This document shows, in pieces, positions 50,001 through 59,203 of a DNA stretch of 64,000 bases; the stretch's first letter is position 1; the number at the start of each line of letters is the position of its first letter. The notes under the pieces were generated by a model, which worked only from the letters and a program-made list of their open reading frames with translations, was not told where the DNA came from and did no database searches. This stretch comes from a bacterium (GTDB taxonomy: Bacteria; Fidelibacterota; Fidelibacteria; Fidelibacterales; Fidelibacteraceae). The DNA is taken from contig OY781066.1 in assembly GCA_963676395.1 (NCBI GenBank), forward strand, positions 576,001-640,000, in the 5' to 3' direction. Position numbers and translations under genes: made by a program.

Positions 50001-50320
50001 TTAAATGCTTGAACTTGAAGATCAAAATCTAACAATGTAGTCAAATCAATGTTTATCGCCACTTCTTGTTTTACAACTTTCGCATAGCCGATATAGGTGG
50101 CTGTTACTTCATATTCTCCCGGGGGAATATTAAGGATAACATAGTACCCCTCAGCATTTGCCGCCGCACCCATTGATGTACCAGCCAGCAATACATTGGC
50201 GCCGGCCATCGGCTCCCCTGTTGCTGCATCGCGGACAACACCGGAAAGTTTACCGGTAGTACCAGCGAATGCTATACTGATAATCATTAGCATTACGACT
50301 AATAATTTTTTTAGCCTCAT
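47096..50320 (-). CDS. TonB-dependent receptor 1 with carboxypeptidase-regulatory-like N-domain
   Basis: GTTGKLSGVVRD...PMAGANV, GGFSAEY, MPRVGISHP, EKTVSYELG, NPRRIYVGVQLSIDL. Confidence 0.9.
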   Translation of the reverse strand: MRLKKLLVVMLMIISIAFAGTTGKLSGVVRDAATGEPMAGANVLLAGTSMGAAANAEGYYVILNIPPGEYEVTATYIGYAKVVKQEVAINIDLTTLLDFDLQVQAFKGQEIVVTAERKPVQVDVASSQLNISKDEIMDLPATDIEDVIGMEAGMSGLEVRAGDLDETTLLVDGLTMKDNRTGNPISNISLSSIEEIMVQSGGFSAEYSDLQSGMVSIVTKEGNPEKIRVSANIKYSPYQNRNFASTDISGNVVTSMYDENSIFLRPYLDDEVCWTGTDNGAWDAHTQGEYAKFDGWNAVSEGLMNDDDPTNDLSPLALQQQFRYLVRRGDDFYSKQIPNYNVDFSLSGPLPFSKKLGNLRFFTTYLANQTAYMQPLATDKYADWTWTAKVTSDLSQKTKLSLFSMLNGYHGTATSLSGTPGVYTTGSGAISGGWAMSRLFYPNYYGLTERANSMYAATLKSIVNERTFWEGSVEYSQTAYNSYPGEVRDTTLYDIFAGIEGVDLYMDERPYGFHTVMDRTNATTNFFTGYVQWPYDSTKTSHIKAKYDIKSQIDDRNEVKAGVQAQYWVYDMNYGSEKSLTASTATNTMWVQNPFQIDAYITDKLEYEGLVAQMGVRAEYWNPNCEWYDMDSLGWDELFLSDLYKPYALNDSLASATFPTRKAKGQFKVMPRVGISHPITETSKLYFNYGHMYQKMDPDYYFQLRRYGDYSLSWIGNPETQFEKTVSYELGFDQAITSDYLLHIAAYYKDKTNQATTTTYRSIDGISYDVSDDRYYQDIRGLEVTLKKRRGEWLRGFINLNLRSSSNGTFDWPSVYEDEGSEAYLKMIQNTDSKKQSKSIPLPSVKANIVLRTPAQYGQLLGNWSLSVNGSWYDAGYYTSRTRGFYSNIIEIRDSYYCNMKLMKPLKLGPVNLNLLMQIDNLFNLKRLSLAGQAYGNGYSTVDGYQVDHYIESLHFPTAAYEETDQDHLSPEYYPEGTKASADKYYDYRPGGVAYQPMEFANNTTQVSDPSVIYYVEETGLWSRTENGIITTVSDDVVKEVIESNAYIDNPANTAYMFLNPRRIYVGVQLSIDL

Positions 50321-50411
50321 TTAACAACTCCTTAGTATGTTTAAATTTGATTTAAGCCGTTATTTTTTTAGTACTTATAACAATTTTCTTCAACAAATAT
50401 TCAATCAAATT

Positions 50412-50440
50412 AATTTATAGCATAAAACAAAGTTTGTCAA
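50412..50440 (-). promoter_or_regulatory. sigma70-like promoter for the TonB receptor operon
   Basis: Minus strand TTGACA (50440-50435), 17-nt spacer, TAAATT (50417-50412), about 90 nt upstream of the receptor 1 ATG. Confidence 0.6.
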
Positions 50441-50444
50441 CTCA

Positions 50445-52127
50445 TTATACCAATTCAGCATCAAAACTTGAAATGATTTGCTTTGCCGCATCATCTAGTT
50501 CTTTTTTCTTGATTACCCTCTGAGAATCTGTCACTTTCTTTTTTACAATCGTTAACGTTATATCAACATGAATCTTATCTTTTATCTTCTCACAGATCTC
50601 TCGTTCATTCTTCTCCAGCATACTCTTTGCCAAGTCGTCTTCAACACTCAACTTAAGCTCTTTTCCGCTAGCATCTACAATACCCGCGGCACTAAGCATA
50701 GTTGCTAGAGATGGCTTTCGCTCTGAAAGGTCCCGAACAATCGCCTCCCAATTCTTCTTGATAACATCTACATCAATCGTTGAGGTGCTAATTCCCTCTA
50801 CCGCAGGTTTTTCTTTTTTCTCTTCATTCTGCGATACAGTCGCTTGGACTTCGCTTGCAGGTACTGTCTTTCGATTTAAAATAGGACTCACATAAGCGCT
50901 GACTGCCTCACTTTTGGCTTCCGGCTTCTGACTTACCGGTTGTGGTTTCTGACTACCGAGAGCAGTTTTCTTTTCCGCAACAGGATGCGCCATATGTTCT
51001 GTGCTTTGCACCTGCCCAATAACTTCATCCAATTGTTGTAGATCATTGAGTTTAGATAGCTTTATAAATAAAGTTTCTACCAATATCTTTACATTAGCAG
51101 ACTTTGAAATACGGGCCAACTCATCATTAACAATGGATAACATTCTTATTAATGCATGTTCGTCCTGCCCCATGGCCATCTCAGCATATTCTTTTTTAAG
51201 GTTTTCAGCCGTATTTAAGATATCTGCTGAACCACTGGCCTTTACCATATATAAATCGCGTAAAAAATTCGAGAACATGGTCACAAATTCCACCAGATCA
51301 TAACCTTGCATTAGCATATCATTAATCAAGTTCAATGCAATATCGGCTCGACCAGCAGCTAAAGCTTTGAACATATCAAAAAAGATCTCTTCTCTGATCA
51401 CCCCCAAAATACTTAAAATAGACTCATAGCTGATCTCTTCATTAGAGAATGCAATAACCTGTTCAAGAATACTCTCACTGTCACGAATACTTCCATCACC
51501 TTTTTTAGCAATCAGCAACAAGGAATCTTCATCAATTTTAATCCCTTCCTGCTCAGCAATATTTCGCAGTAAATCCATAACTTGCGATAATGGAATGCGT
51601 TTAAATTCAAATCGTTGGCATCGACTTAAAATTGTAGGCAGCACTTTATGTAATTCAGTGGTAGCAAATATAAATAGGATATGTTTTGGTGGCTCTTCCA
51701 AGGTTTTCAACAAAGCATTAAAAGCATCTTTTGTGATCTGATGAAACTCATCAATAATATAAACTTTGTATTTGCCTCGTGTGGGAGGATATTTTACCTG
51801 CTCCCTAAGGTCGCGAATACTATCAATACCGCGATTTGAGGCGCCATCGATTTCCAATACATCCAAGCTGCGCCCTTCAGTGATCTCTCGACAACTAACA
51901 CATTCGTTGCATGGATTTCCGTCTTTGGGATTTTCACAGTTTACCATTTTGGCAAGAAGTCTTGCCGTCGTTGTTTTCCCGGTACCCCTGGGTCCCGAAA
52001 AAATATAAGCATGACCTAAACGGCCTTTTTCAATAGCATTTTTTAATGTTAAAGTGATATGATCCTGACCAATAACATCCTCAAAGCGCTGAGGACGATA
52101 TTTCAACGAGATAACTTGATGACTCAT
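50445..52127 (-). CDS. dnaX: DNA polymerase III subunit gamma/tau
   Basis: KYRPQRF, GPRGTGKTT, CNECVSC, EIDGASNRG, IIDEFH, LLKTLEEPP, SRCQ. Confidence 0.97.
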   Translation of the reverse strand: MSHQVISLKYRPQRFEDVIGQDHITLTLKNAIEKGRLGHAYIFSGPRGTGKTTTARLLAKMVNCENPKDGNPCNECVSCREITEGRSLDVLEIDGASNRGIDSIRDLREQVKYPPTRGKYKVYIIDEFHQITKDAFNALLKTLEEPPKHILFIFATTELHKVLPTILSRCQRFEFKRIPLSQVMDLLRNIAEQEGIKIDEDSLLLIAKKGDGSIRDSESILEQVIAFSNEEISYESILSILGVIREEIFFDMFKALAAGRADIALNLINDMLMQGYDLVEFVTMFSNFLRDLYMVKASGSADILNTAENLKKEYAEMAMGQDEHALIRMLSIVNDELARISKSANVKILVETLFIKLSKLNDLQQLDEVIGQVQSTEHMAHPVAEKKTALGSQKPQPVSQKPEAKSEAVSAYVSPILNRKTVPASEVQATVSQNEEKKEKPAVEGISTSTIDVDVIKKNWEAIVRDLSERKPSLATMLSAAGIVDASGKELKLSVEDDLAKSMLEKNEREICEKIKDKIHVDITLTIVKKKVTDSQRVIKKKELDDAAKQIISSFDAELV

Positions 52128-52153
52128 AAATTTTTCCCTGCTTACAAAATAAA

Positions 52154-52256
52154 AAGACCCCAGGATACTTATCGCTCAGAATATACGCTTACCGCTGCTT
52201 CCTTCCAGACCTGACGGGGTTCGGCACATACGCTGCCGAAAAGGCCTGAGGTCTTC
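52154..52256 (-). ncRNA. ffs: signal recognition particle small RNA (4.5S)
   Basis: Minus strand CCGTCAGGTCTGGAAGGAAGCAGCGG domain IV consensus; ends pair (AAGACCTCAGG/CCTGGGGTCTT); classic ffs-dnaX synteny. Confidence 0.92.
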
Positions 52257-52433
52257 GGAAAATACTCAATAGACAAGGATAAAACAATTGATTTTTCGAT
52301 AAGAGATAAAACAAATTCCAATATCCAATTTTAATTAATTATTGATCATTCTCCATCCCTTTCTATTGTTCGATTATCATCGCTATTCCAAGCAGAAGCC
52401 CCTTCCAATCACATCTGAAAAATTCCATCTTAC

Positions 52434-52469
52434 AAAAAAAATCCCCCGGCCGAGAGGTCGGGAGATTTT
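52434..52469 (-). terminator. intrinsic terminator after the symporter gene
   Basis: AAAATCCCCCGGCC-GAGA-GGTCGGGAGATTTT imperfect stem with a minus-strand U-tract. Confidence 0.65.
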
Positions 52470-52506
52470 CCTTCATATACTTCCCTACTTATAACTTATT
52501 TTATAC

Positions 52507-54381
52507 TTAAACCTTTGCCTTTGTACTTTTGCCTTCTACCTTGTCGTCTACGACGACTTCAGTTGACAAATGTCTAAACCATGTAAAATAAAGTGCCACA
52601 GAAAGTACAGCAAAAATCAAGCCAAGCCAAATTGCCTGTGGCCATGATTTAAATACAAGGTTCATCATGAACAAAAATAATGTTAACTGCCATGGAATAG
52701 CTAGTATTACAGAAATAATATCACGCTTATTCTCTTTTTTGATCTTCTCTTGTATGTCGGCGGGAACGCCTTTCTTGAATTCACCCCAAGCTCCAAAGGG
52801 ACGGGTAATATTGTAGAAGTTCTGCGTTGTTTTTTTATCAATAGGTTCTGTTGCCAAGGTACCCACAACAATACCGACCAATGACATTAATGAAGCTACA
52901 AGGAAACCGTAGTATTCTGGAGCCAAGGCTTCGGGTAGAATACCCGTACGCATAAAGACTTTCCATAAAATAGCCACGATCATACCGGAAGCAACACCAA
53001 TGGCATAACCGTAACCGTTTACACGGTGCCAATACCAACGGACCAACTGCGGAACAAGCAAACCTGCCCCAAGTCCCATGGTGATCCACGACCAGATCTC
53101 ATTAATATTCTTGATAAAGACAGTCAGTAAAAGACCCAATACAACGATCACAATAGATGCACCGTATGAATGTGCCATAAGCTTTTTACTGTCTGCTTTG
53201 GGATTAATATATTTTTGATAGATATCTTTTACCCAATATGCCGCACCCGCATTCACGGTTGAATCAAAAGTTGACATAGCTGCCGCCATCAATCCGGCAA
53301 TTAAGAAACCTTTAATGCCTACAGGTAAAGCATTAACCACCATCGGTAGTACCATTTCGGGATCTGTGATCTGTGTTCCCATAGATATACCCCAAATAGC
53401 CAAAGCGGCAATAAAAGGCCAGCGGAAAGAAAGCAAGCCTGTCCAGAATAATGAAAGTAAGCCGGCTTCTTTGTCATTCTTGGCGGCATAATAGCGCTGG
53501 ATCATGTAGTTTCCCGTACCACCGCTCCCTTCAAGGATAGTTTTAAAGAGGTAAAACATAACCAATACACCAAATACATTATACATGGAGTAATCCGATT
53601 CAGCTGGAATATTCAAATGCCATTGCGGTGCGAGATTCACCCACTCTTTCCAAGTGGTTCCCAAATGCATAAAACCTCCGTCTTTCAACGGTAATGCAAC
53701 CGCAAATTGTTCGGGCATCTCCAACCCCATTGAACGGATCACGATATACATGATCGCCAAAAAGATCAATATTCCTTGAAATACATCCGTCCAGATAACA
53801 CCATATAGACCTGATGCAACGGTATAGATCATCGCAATCGCAATAAGAATGAGTGCGGCCCAAAACTCTGTTCCAATGGTAACACTGCCCAATGTAATAT
53901 TCCATGAGTCGGGAATACCCAAAAATGTATCCAGAAACTTACCGCCTCCAATGGCAAAGTAAGTGATCATGGCAACAGTAAAGATAATCGAGGTAATGGC
54001 TTGGATCAACCGTGCAATATCACCCTGAGGGCCTTTGCCAAATCTTAACTGCATCCATTCCGCAACGGTCATCACACCGGAACGACGATTCCATTTACCC
54101 ATATAGATCATCAAGAAAGCCATAATCAAGGTTACACCGCCACGGATCTCAATATAAAATCCTTTGGCACCGATGGCATAAACCAAGGCTACAATGATCA
54201 TGGTTCCACTGATATCAAGATTTGATGACATTCCGGAGGCTCCCAGTGCCCACCAAGGCAAATTCCTATTGCCCAAAAAGTATGAATCAATACCTTCTTT
54301 GGCTTTTCTCTGCATCAACAAACCGACTATGACCATGGCTGTCAGGTATATACCGACAATAATATAGTCTACCGTATGCAT
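52507..54381 (-). CDS. sodium:solute symporter (SSS/SLC5-like)
   Basis: YFLGNRNLPWW, GVIWTDVFQ, QRYYAAK, AAAMSTFDS; about 15 hydrophobic helices. Confidence 0.92.
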   Translation of the reverse strand: MHTVDYIIVGIYLTAMVIVGLLMQRKAKEGIDSYFLGNRNLPWWALGASGMSSNLDISGTMIIVALVYAIGAKGFYIEIRGGVTLIMAFLMIYMGKWNRRSGVMTVAEWMQLRFGKGPQGDIARLIQAITSIIFTVAMITYFAIGGGKFLDTFLGIPDSWNITLGSVTIGTEFWAALILIAIAMIYTVASGLYGVIWTDVFQGILIFLAIMYIVIRSMGLEMPEQFAVALPLKDGGFMHLGTTWKEWVNLAPQWHLNIPAESDYSMYNVFGVLVMFYLFKTILEGSGGTGNYMIQRYYAAKNDKEAGLLSLFWTGLLSFRWPFIAALAIWGISMGTQITDPEMVLPMVVNALPVGIKGFLIAGLMAAAMSTFDSTVNAGAAYWVKDIYQKYINPKADSKKLMAHSYGASIVIVVLGLLLTVFIKNINEIWSWITMGLGAGLLVPQLVRWYWHRVNGYGYAIGVASGMIVAILWKVFMRTGILPEALAPEYYGFLVASLMSLVGIVVGTLATEPIDKKTTQNFYNITRPFGAWGEFKKGVPADIQEKIKKENKRDIISVILAIPWQLTLFLFMMNLVFKSWPQAIWLGLIFAVLSVALYFTWFRHLSTEVVVDDKVEGKSTKAKV

Positions 54382-54543
54382 TCTAATCTCCTTCTAAATT
54401 AGTGACGAGTATCCAGTTCCCGATCCATCACTTCACTTGTTTAATCTTCAATTGCAGTAGCGATGCTTGAATCGCTCTTTTTTTATCATTCCAACCAGTC
54501 AAAGGACCCTTTGCTTCTTTCCAGTGCCGATTTAATTATCACG

Positions 54544-56607
54544 TTACTTCTTCACCAACACAACTCCCGTCGTGGGATTGATAATAATGTAATTACTTAC
54601 TTGAAAGGGTTTGTTTAAACCTGTAGACAGTACATTCTGCCATGTACCTTCAGGTAGATTATAATGTGCATATTCCGTGCGTGAACCATTGGCTAACACA
54701 AGAATATCATGCTCATTTTTTTCATCTTTCATAATACGATAACCAATACCAAATTTTGAATCGGCATAAAAAGGTTCCATCGATTCACGAGCAGATTTTC
54801 TTAATTCCGGATATTTTTTTCTTACATCGAATACCAATGAATAGAAATCTATCAATTCCTGATTCTTGCCAGCGATATCGTAATTAATGTAATTGGTAGT
54901 ATTATCTTTATCATACGAATTGCGATCGATCATGCCTTGTTTCTCATCAAGATATTCATTTTCTTCAATGATCTTTGAGCGGGCAAATTCCTGTCCTGAA
55001 TGAATCATGGTCATCCCTTGGGATACACCCAACATAAATGCACCTAATTTATGATACTTTAATTCTTCATCATTAAGAACATGATGTTCATCAAGATCTG
55101 TAATCACTGTATGTTCTTTGGCTTTACCGGTATAAATTCGCACAAAATCACCAAAAGTTTCATCATCATGTGCTTCAAGATAATTTACACTATGACGAGC
55201 ATTTACATACTGGCCGCCATCTTCTTGCAGCGAACCCATTAAGAAACGTACTGCATTATTACGAGTAACACCATCATCCCATCTACCAAAAATAAAACCG
55301 GGACGATTATGAGGATTTTGACCTTTTATCCCATTGCGAAAACGGTCGTTCCATGACCCCCAATCTAAAGAAGAAAAATGTTCGGGATTGTACATACCGC
55401 CACCCCATGGCTCAGCAACAATCACAACATTGGGATTAACTTTTTTAGCCTCACTTAAGATCAAGCTTAAAGTCTTATCATCTATCATTGACCCCAAGTC
55501 AAAGCGAAAACCATCAATATGATATTCTTTCATCCAGTACAGAATACTTTCAACGATCATTTTTCTTGCCATCGGACTTTCGGTCTTAAAATCATTTCCA
55601 CATCCGCTTTTAGCAATAAAATCCTGATTATCATCTAAACGGTAATAATATTTTTTATCAATCAATTTAAAAGGATTAGGATCATAAGTAGAAGTGTGGT
55701 TGTAAACCACATCCATCATTACTGCAATATCTTCTTTATGTAAAGCTTTCACAAGGGTCTTAAACTCTTTCATACTTTTACCTTTATCATCGATAAAAGC
55801 CTCTTTTACCATATTCCCTTTTGAACTGTAATAATTTTCCGGAGCAAAAAAGAAAGTCGACATATAACCCCAATGATTACGTGCATATGGATTCCAAGTA
55901 TTAAATAATGCGGTCGATGAATCTCTGTAGGGAATCTCAATATTGGCAAAATCATGCAGGGGTAAAAATTCAATAGCATTCACACCAAGATCTTTTATGT
56001 AATCTATCTTATTGATCACAGAAAGGTACGTACCCGGCTTATCGGCTCCTGCCGAAGGATGTGCCGTTAAATCACGCAAGTGAGCCTCAAGCACAATCAG
56101 ATCACGTGGATCATCAGGAACAACCCATGTATCTCCGTCCCAATTGAAATCATTTTTTACAATATAAGTTCTAGCATTGATATGATAGTTATTTTGCGTA
56201 GAGACAGCTTTTGAATAAGGATCGGCAACCAGCACATCACTATTAAAGATATCACCTTTACCATTCTTTGCATGAACATAGTAACCGTAATATTTCTTCC
56301 AAAGTTTTTTATCTGTAGAAAATTCCCATACGCCGTCATTATCTCGTGTCATAGGATATACCGCAAAAGCATCACCGGTTGCTTTTTTAAATAAAGCCAG
56401 TTCAACTTTTTCAACACGAGGAGCAAATAAACGAAAAACAAATTGTCCATCTTCAATACTCATTCCCATGGCTTTATCTGAATAAAGCTTATCAAAATCA
56501 GAAGTCGTAAATGGCTTAACTTCGGGGAGCTCAGCAACAATATTTTCCTGCAATGCACAGTGAAATAATACAAAACTGCCAAGAATGAGCAAAAGTGCCT
56601 TTTTCAT
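54544..56607 (-). CDS. GH13 pullulanase/isoamylase-like debranching enzyme with CBM48, probable lipoprotein
   Basis: FRLFAP, ADPYSKA, NHWGY, DVVYNH, DGFRFDL, AEPW, EAHDD catalytic regions. Confidence 0.9.
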   Translation of the reverse strand: MKKALLLILGSFVLFHCALQENIVAELPEVKPFTTSDFDKLYSDKAMGMSIEDGQFVFRLFAPRVEKVELALFKKATGDAFAVYPMTRDNDGVWEFSTDKKLWKKYYGYYVHAKNGKGDIFNSDVLVADPYSKAVSTQNNYHINARTYIVKNDFNWDGDTWVVPDDPRDLIVLEAHLRDLTAHPSAGADKPGTYLSVINKIDYIKDLGVNAIEFLPLHDFANIEIPYRDSSTALFNTWNPYARNHWGYMSTFFFAPENYYSSKGNMVKEAFIDDKGKSMKEFKTLVKALHKEDIAVMMDVVYNHTSTYDPNPFKLIDKKYYYRLDDNQDFIAKSGCGNDFKTESPMARKMIVESILYWMKEYHIDGFRFDLGSMIDDKTLSLILSEAKKVNPNVVIVAEPWGGGMYNPEHFSSLDWGSWNDRFRNGIKGQNPHNRPGFIFGRWDDGVTRNNAVRFLMGSLQEDGGQYVNARHSVNYLEAHDDETFGDFVRIYTGKAKEHTVITDLDEHHVLNDEELKYHKLGAFMLGVSQGMTMIHSGQEFARSKIIEENEYLDEKQGMIDRNSYDKDNTTNYINYDIAGKNQELIDFYSLVFDVRKKYPELRKSARESMEPFYADSKFGIGYRIMKDEKNEHDILVLANGSRTEYAHYNLPEGTWQNVLSTGLNKPFQVSNYIIINPTTGVVLVKK

Positions 56608-56774
56608 TTCGATCTGTCTCCTAATTAATTTCGCAGTTAATATAGAGAAAACAAGTTAAAAGGAAAAAGAAAAAAGGAAAAAGTCGAAGAAGCGCCGAAG
56701 TTTTCGTACACTTAAAGCGAAGGCAAAACGCAAATATATCAATTATCATTGCAAATAATTTCATATAAACAAGC

Positions 56775-56802
56775 ATAGAGGCACAACATTTTGTGCCTCT
56801 AT
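56775..56802. repeat. REP-like perfect hairpin (12-bp stem), possible terminator of the fak operon
   Basis: ATAGAGGCACAA-CATT-TTGTGCCTCTAT; resembles the 8057 and 9579 elements in length and outer arms. Confidence 0.55.
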
Positions 56803-56829
56803 TTTATATATTTATTATTTTATCTGATT

Positions 56830-57573
56830 TTATTTCTCAGGTTTCTCGCTCATGATCTCTTTTGTCTTGAGCATCGTAAAATTCGGTGGGATCACCGCAA
56901 TACCAAAAAAAAGTATACCCACGATCAGCATCCAGCCATGACCATTAAAAAGCACAAAATGGTTTCCCCAACCAATATGATCGAACAAGATAGAATTCGG
57001 ATGAATTGGATACCATTCTTTTATTAAAAGACTCTCAAGCAACAATGCCAATGGTGTGAGAAACAAGAAAACAAAGGGTGTCATTCTACCCATTGGATAT
57101 TTCTGCTTAGGAAAGATCAATTTTACAATAAAATATGAAATGGCAACGCAGATCAAAAATTGCGGGTAGATCAAAAACAACCAACAACCAAACAGAACGC
57201 CTATAGAGCCGCCTCCCTTAAATTTATAAAAGATCGGGAAACCGTGTCCATAAATTGCAGCAATACCTATTAATAAAATTGCCAAAAATTCCGCACCTTC
57301 AAATGGAATACTTACAGGTAAAACAGGTTTGCTTGAAAAGAATAAATACTTATAAAGGACCATGATTAACGATCCCTTTAATGCGTCTCCCAATAATGTC
57401 AAGGTTCCCCAAAATTTACCAATCTCCCGCATGACATTCGATGTACCGGGATTTTTATTTCCAACTTCTGTAATGTCAACATCTTTACCCATTCTTGCAA
57501 AAAGACGAGCATAGGAGACAGATCCTGAAAGGTAACCGAGTATTAAACCGGAAACCAAAATCAGATAAAACAT
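56830..57573 (-). CDS. plsY: acyl-phosphate:glycerol-3-phosphate acyltransferase (divergent PlsY)
   Basis: GYLSGSV, GNKNPGTSNV, GDALKG, GHGFPIFYKFKGG; ATG 57573 follows GGAG. Confidence 0.82.
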   Translation of the reverse strand: MFYLILVSGLILGYLSGSVSYARLFARMGKDVDITEVGNKNPGTSNVMREIGKFWGTLTLLGDALKGSLIMVLYKYLFFSSKPVLPVSIPFEGAEFLAILLIGIAAIYGHGFPIFYKFKGGGSIGVLFGCWLFLIYPQFLICVAISYFIVKLIFPKQKYPMGRMTPFVFLFLTPLALLLESLLIKEWYPIHPNSILFDHIGWGNHFVLFNGHGWMLIVGILFFGIAVIPPNFTMLKTKEIMSEKPEK

Positions 57574-57599
57574 ATATAACTCCAAAAAAATATTAATTA

Positions 57600-59186
57600 T
57601 TATTCAAGTCCAATCAATAACAAAGCCGTATGCTGACCACCATAACGGTTTTCGAATTCGATATCATCGTATTCTTCAAGTAACTCATTGGAAATTGATT
57701 CCAACTCATCCACATTGACATTATCATTATAGTATAATGTAACCGTCATGCGTTCATCCGGAGAAGCACCTTCAATAGAGTCTAGCACAACCGGCTTAAA
57801 TTCTTCGTTTACAGCTACAACATTTCCATTCATCACGGCAAAATAATAATCTTTAGGTATTTTAATGCCGGCAAACTGGGAATCTTTAATGCTTTTATAT
57901 ACCGACAAACTTTCAACCAATTCCATAGAATCATTCATCTGTATAATGTTCTCTTCCCATGAAGCATTTTTTACAAAGCCCATAATAGCCGCCACACCCT
58001 GGATCACATTTTTACTGGGAAAGATCTCAACATGTTTGTCGGTTTCTTTTTTTACCAACTGAACGGCAGGTATGATATTTTTGTCATTAGCCAATACAAT
58101 TATAACTTCATAGGGCATTTGATTTACATGGTTTAAAATATCGGCAGTATTGGGAAGATTCTTGCCATATACAAGAACATCAAGGTCTGGTTCAAAATCA
58201 TGTAATACGGAGCGAAAACCTTCGCCGGGGACTAAGGCCAAAACACCGATTTCATCTGCATGCTGAAAACGTGCCCATTCTTCTTCGAGCTGTTTTTGCA
58301 TATCCTCGATCTTTTTATTTTCAATATCACCGTATACTTGAATATGGTCGATCACAGCTTCGGGCTCATTCGTATGAACATGAAGCTTGATAATATCATC
58401 ATTTACCAATAAGGCGACACTATCACCCATATCATTTAAATAACGATCGAGATCTTCTTCAACGGTTTTTCCGTCACGACGGATCAATAGCTCCGTACAA
58501 AAACGATGCTGAACTTCAAGCATCTCTTCAATATTGGAATCAGCATCCGGTTCAAAACGATAATCCGCTTCATCTTCAATCATAACACCTTCACCGGACA
58601 GTGCGCGCTTCATGCCTTCCAAAATAAATACAAATCCCAATGCACCGGAATCGACTACTCCGGCTTTTTTTAGAATAGGAAGTTTTTCCGGAGAAATAAA
58701 CACTTCTTCCAATCCGGCCTTTACCGCAAGAGAAAAATGATCAAGTATCGTTTCGGATTTAGCATCTCTCATTGCTTTTGCAATGGCTTCAAAAACAGAT
58801 AACATTGTACCTTCACGTGGTGTAGAAACCGAGGTCTTAGAAATAAAATTACCATGAGCAAAAGCTTCACTTAATATTTCAGGGGTAATATTATCATATT
58901 TAAGAATAACATCTGAAAAACCTGCAATAAAGCGGGATAAAATAAAGCCCGAATTACCACGAGAGTTCATAGTTGTTTCTTCTTTGAAAATTTCTAATAC
59001 CGATTTAAAACTGTGATCTGCCTCTTCTTTGATCTTTTCAACTGCAGGTTGAAAGGTCAATAGCATATTTACACCCGTATCGCCATCCGGCACGGGAAAT
59101 ACATTCAAATTGTCAATGGTGTGGTAATTTGCTTTAAAATAATCCAAGCCCCCTTCAAGAGAGGATACAAAGTTATTAATTTTCAT
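57600..59186 (-). CDS. fakA: DAK2-domain fatty acid kinase catalytic subunit
   Basis: LNVFPVPDGDTGVNM, SRGNSG, EGTM, VVDSGA, FCTE, HVHTNEP, GGQ. Confidence 0.9.
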   Translation of the reverse strand: MKINNFVSSLEGGLDYFKANYHTIDNLNVFPVPDGDTGVNMLLTFQPAVEKIKEEADHSFKSVLEIFKEETTMNSRGNSGFILSRFIAGFSDVILKYDNITPEILSEAFAHGNFISKTSVSTPREGTMLSVFEAIAKAMRDAKSETILDHFSLAVKAGLEEVFISPEKLPILKKAGVVDSGALGFVFILEGMKRALSGEGVMIEDEADYRFEPDADSNIEEMLEVQHRFCTELLIRRDGKTVEEDLDRYLNDMGDSVALLVNDDIIKLHVHTNEPEAVIDHIQVYGDIENKKIEDMQKQLEEEWARFQHADEIGVLALVPGEGFRSVLHDFEPDLDVLVYGKNLPNTADILNHVNQMPYEVIIVLANDKNIIPAVQLVKKETDKHVEIFPSKNVIQGVAAIMGFVKNASWEENIIQMNDSMELVESLSVYKSIKDSQFAGIKIPKDYYFAVMNGNVVAVNEEFKPVVLDSIEGASPDERMTVTLYYNDNVNVDELESISNELLEEYDDIEFENRYGGQHTALLLIGLE

Positions 59187-59203
59187 GTGTTACACTTCTT
59201 CTA

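Noticed and set aside
50800..50830. AAAAAAG run in dnaX near codon 435 as a -1 frameshift site producing gamma
   Set aside because: The run is read GAG AAA AAA GAA, not A AAA AAG, and I see no downstream hairpin.
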